Of a stretch of DNA of 64,000 nt, positions 63,823-64,000 are shown in pieces. The notes under the pieces are model-generated. The model ran no database searches. It saw only the letters and a list, made by a program, of their open reading frames with translations, and had not been told where the DNA came from. Numbering within the stretch: the stretch's first letter is position 1; each line of letters begins with the position of its first letter. This DNA comes from Octopus sinensis. Taxonomy: Eukaryota. A program made the translations under genes and the position numbers. Location of the stretch: positions 20,274,001-20,338,000 of the forward strand of contig NC_043009.1 of assembly GCF_006345805.1 (NCBI RefSeq), given 5' to 3'.

Positions 63823-64000
63823 TTGGGTTGTCCGGAAAGTTCATGCCGATTTATAGTAGCTTACCTTTCGACTTATTTTAGAACATGGTTGTGTCCATAA
63901 AATAGGATTTCACTACACCTCCATTTGGAGCACAGTTTAAGCTATCTTTTCATGGAAGAAGGTTTATGTTCCTATAACCTGTGTTAATTCTGTAACCCTT
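63823..64000 (+). mobile_element. Left end of a mariner-type element, cut by the window edge
   Basis: TA-TTGGGTTGTCCGGAAAGTTCATGCCGATTT resembles mariner TIRs and the TTGGG terminus at 28983. Confidence 0.6.

Overview
AT-rich animal genomic DNA dense in microsatellites, SINEs and LINEs. The repeat landscape looks like an Octopus (coleoid cephalopod) genome; this is an inference, not a lookup. One host gene is well supported: a + strand, 12-exon, phase-consistent reprolysin (M12B) metalloprotease at 1728-20965. The visible coding sequence is 1761 nt, and the first exon/signal peptide was not found in the window. It has a Cys-free prodomain, two furin sites, HEVGHLLGAPHD, a GYLMS Met-turn and an ADAMTS-type disintegrin-like domain, then stops with no thrombospondin repeats. 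The rest is mobile DNA: CR1/L2, RTE, Tx1/L1 and R4/Dong LINE pieces, three mariner remnants, a MITE and at least three tRNA-derived SINE families. The most notable signals are: (1) SINE 3' tails matching LINE 3' ends in the same window, one Tx1-type and one CR1/L2-type with a compensatory stem-loop; (2) R4/Dong copies stacked in (TAA)n and Tx1 copies flanked by (GATA)n; (3) two hammerhead-ribozyme-like motifs, one inside a palindromic element; (4) a perfect 298-bp palindrome next to a His-rich antisense candidate exon; (5) short locally templated duplications. No prokaryote-type system (CRISPR, operon) is supported.
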